Positions 63,809 to 64,000 of a stretch of 64,000 nucleotides of DNA are shown here, in pieces. A program made the position numbers and the translations under genes. Each line of letters starts with the position of its first letter. Within the stretch, counting starts at the first letter, position 1. The notes beneath the pieces are model-generated. The model was not told the origin of the DNA, ran no database searches, and saw only the letters and a list, made by a program, of their open reading frames with translations. The stretch lies in the NCBI GenBank assembly GCA_018653605.1, contig JABHYY010000018.1, positions 29,324-93,323 of the forward strand, given 5' to 3'. This DNA is from an archaeon (GTDB lineage Archaea; Nanobdellota; Nanobdellia; SCGC-AAA011-G17; GW2011-AR17).

Positions 63809-64000
63809 GATAAACATCTAAATCGCTTACAACCATAGCTAAACTCAAATATTCCAAATAAACTTCTTTATCTGATTCACCTTTTAATCCATCCACAATA
63901 CTAGAACTCCTTCCAAGTAATTCCCTAAAGTGATCATACCTATCATTAAAATCTTCATTCCCTTCTAAATGTTTTCTTAATCTAGCATTTTCAATAGTAA
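63789..64000 (-). CDS. hypothetical protein (3' end only; gene continues beyond window)
   Basis: Open frame on minus strand ending at stop 63789..63791, overlapping elp3 stop. Confidence 0.3.
   Translation of the reverse strand, partial: TIENARLRKHLEGNEDFNDRYDHFRELLGRSSSIVDGLKGESDKEVYLEYLSLAMVVSDLDVYPSASGF

Noticed and set aside
1-64000. Possibility that the contig is bacterial (CPR) rather than archaeal
   Set aside because: Archaeal DnaG, Elp3, eIF2B-like R15Pi, form III RuBisCO, archaeal ProRS, tRNA introns, BRE/TATA promoters with leaderless starts and an archaeal-type SRP RNA motif all point to an archaeon. Bacterial-like genes are confined to compositionally distinct patches.

Overview
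The window is AT-rich (~30-35% GC), gene-dense archaeal DNA, most likely from a small-genome DPANN-type archaeon. Archaeal markers include archaeal DnaG primase, Elp3, archaeal-type ProRS, an eIF2B-like ribose-1,5-bisphosphate isomerase, form III RuBisCO, AMP phosphorylase, intron-containing tRNAs, an SRP RNA and BRE/TATA promoters with leaderless starts. Housekeeping content: AsnRS, ProRS, SecDF, DnaG, Elp3, Dus, TrmI, PIN/KH ATPase, SppA, APRT, and the complete archaeal AMP-salvage trio (AMPpase, R15P isomerase, RuBisCO III). Accessory content is rich. The strongest candidate system is a compositionally distinct (~40% GC) four-gene island encoding peptidoglycan-acting enzymes: a GH3 NagZ-like hydrolase, an L,D-transpeptidase, an alpha/beta hydrolase and a Tat-lipoprotein SleB-like hydrolase. 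It is driven by duplicated archaeal promoters and sits next to an intron-containing tRNA-Arg with a duplicated 3' end. Other notable items: a RelA/SpoT-like (alarmone-synthetase / toxSAS-like) nucleotidyltransferase with a novel N-terminal domain; a RimK + retropepsin (RimB-like) + zinc-ribbon module; a bacterial-type PanD coupled to a PaaK-like adenylating ligase; a soluble histidine kinase plus acidic REC protein; two tandem paralogues built of 2 and 4 resolvase-like HTH repeats with duplicated promoters; and three TrmB-like regulators interleaved with surface and membrane proteins, sharing a conserved 3' motif. No CRISPR array, rRNA or obvious transposase was found.
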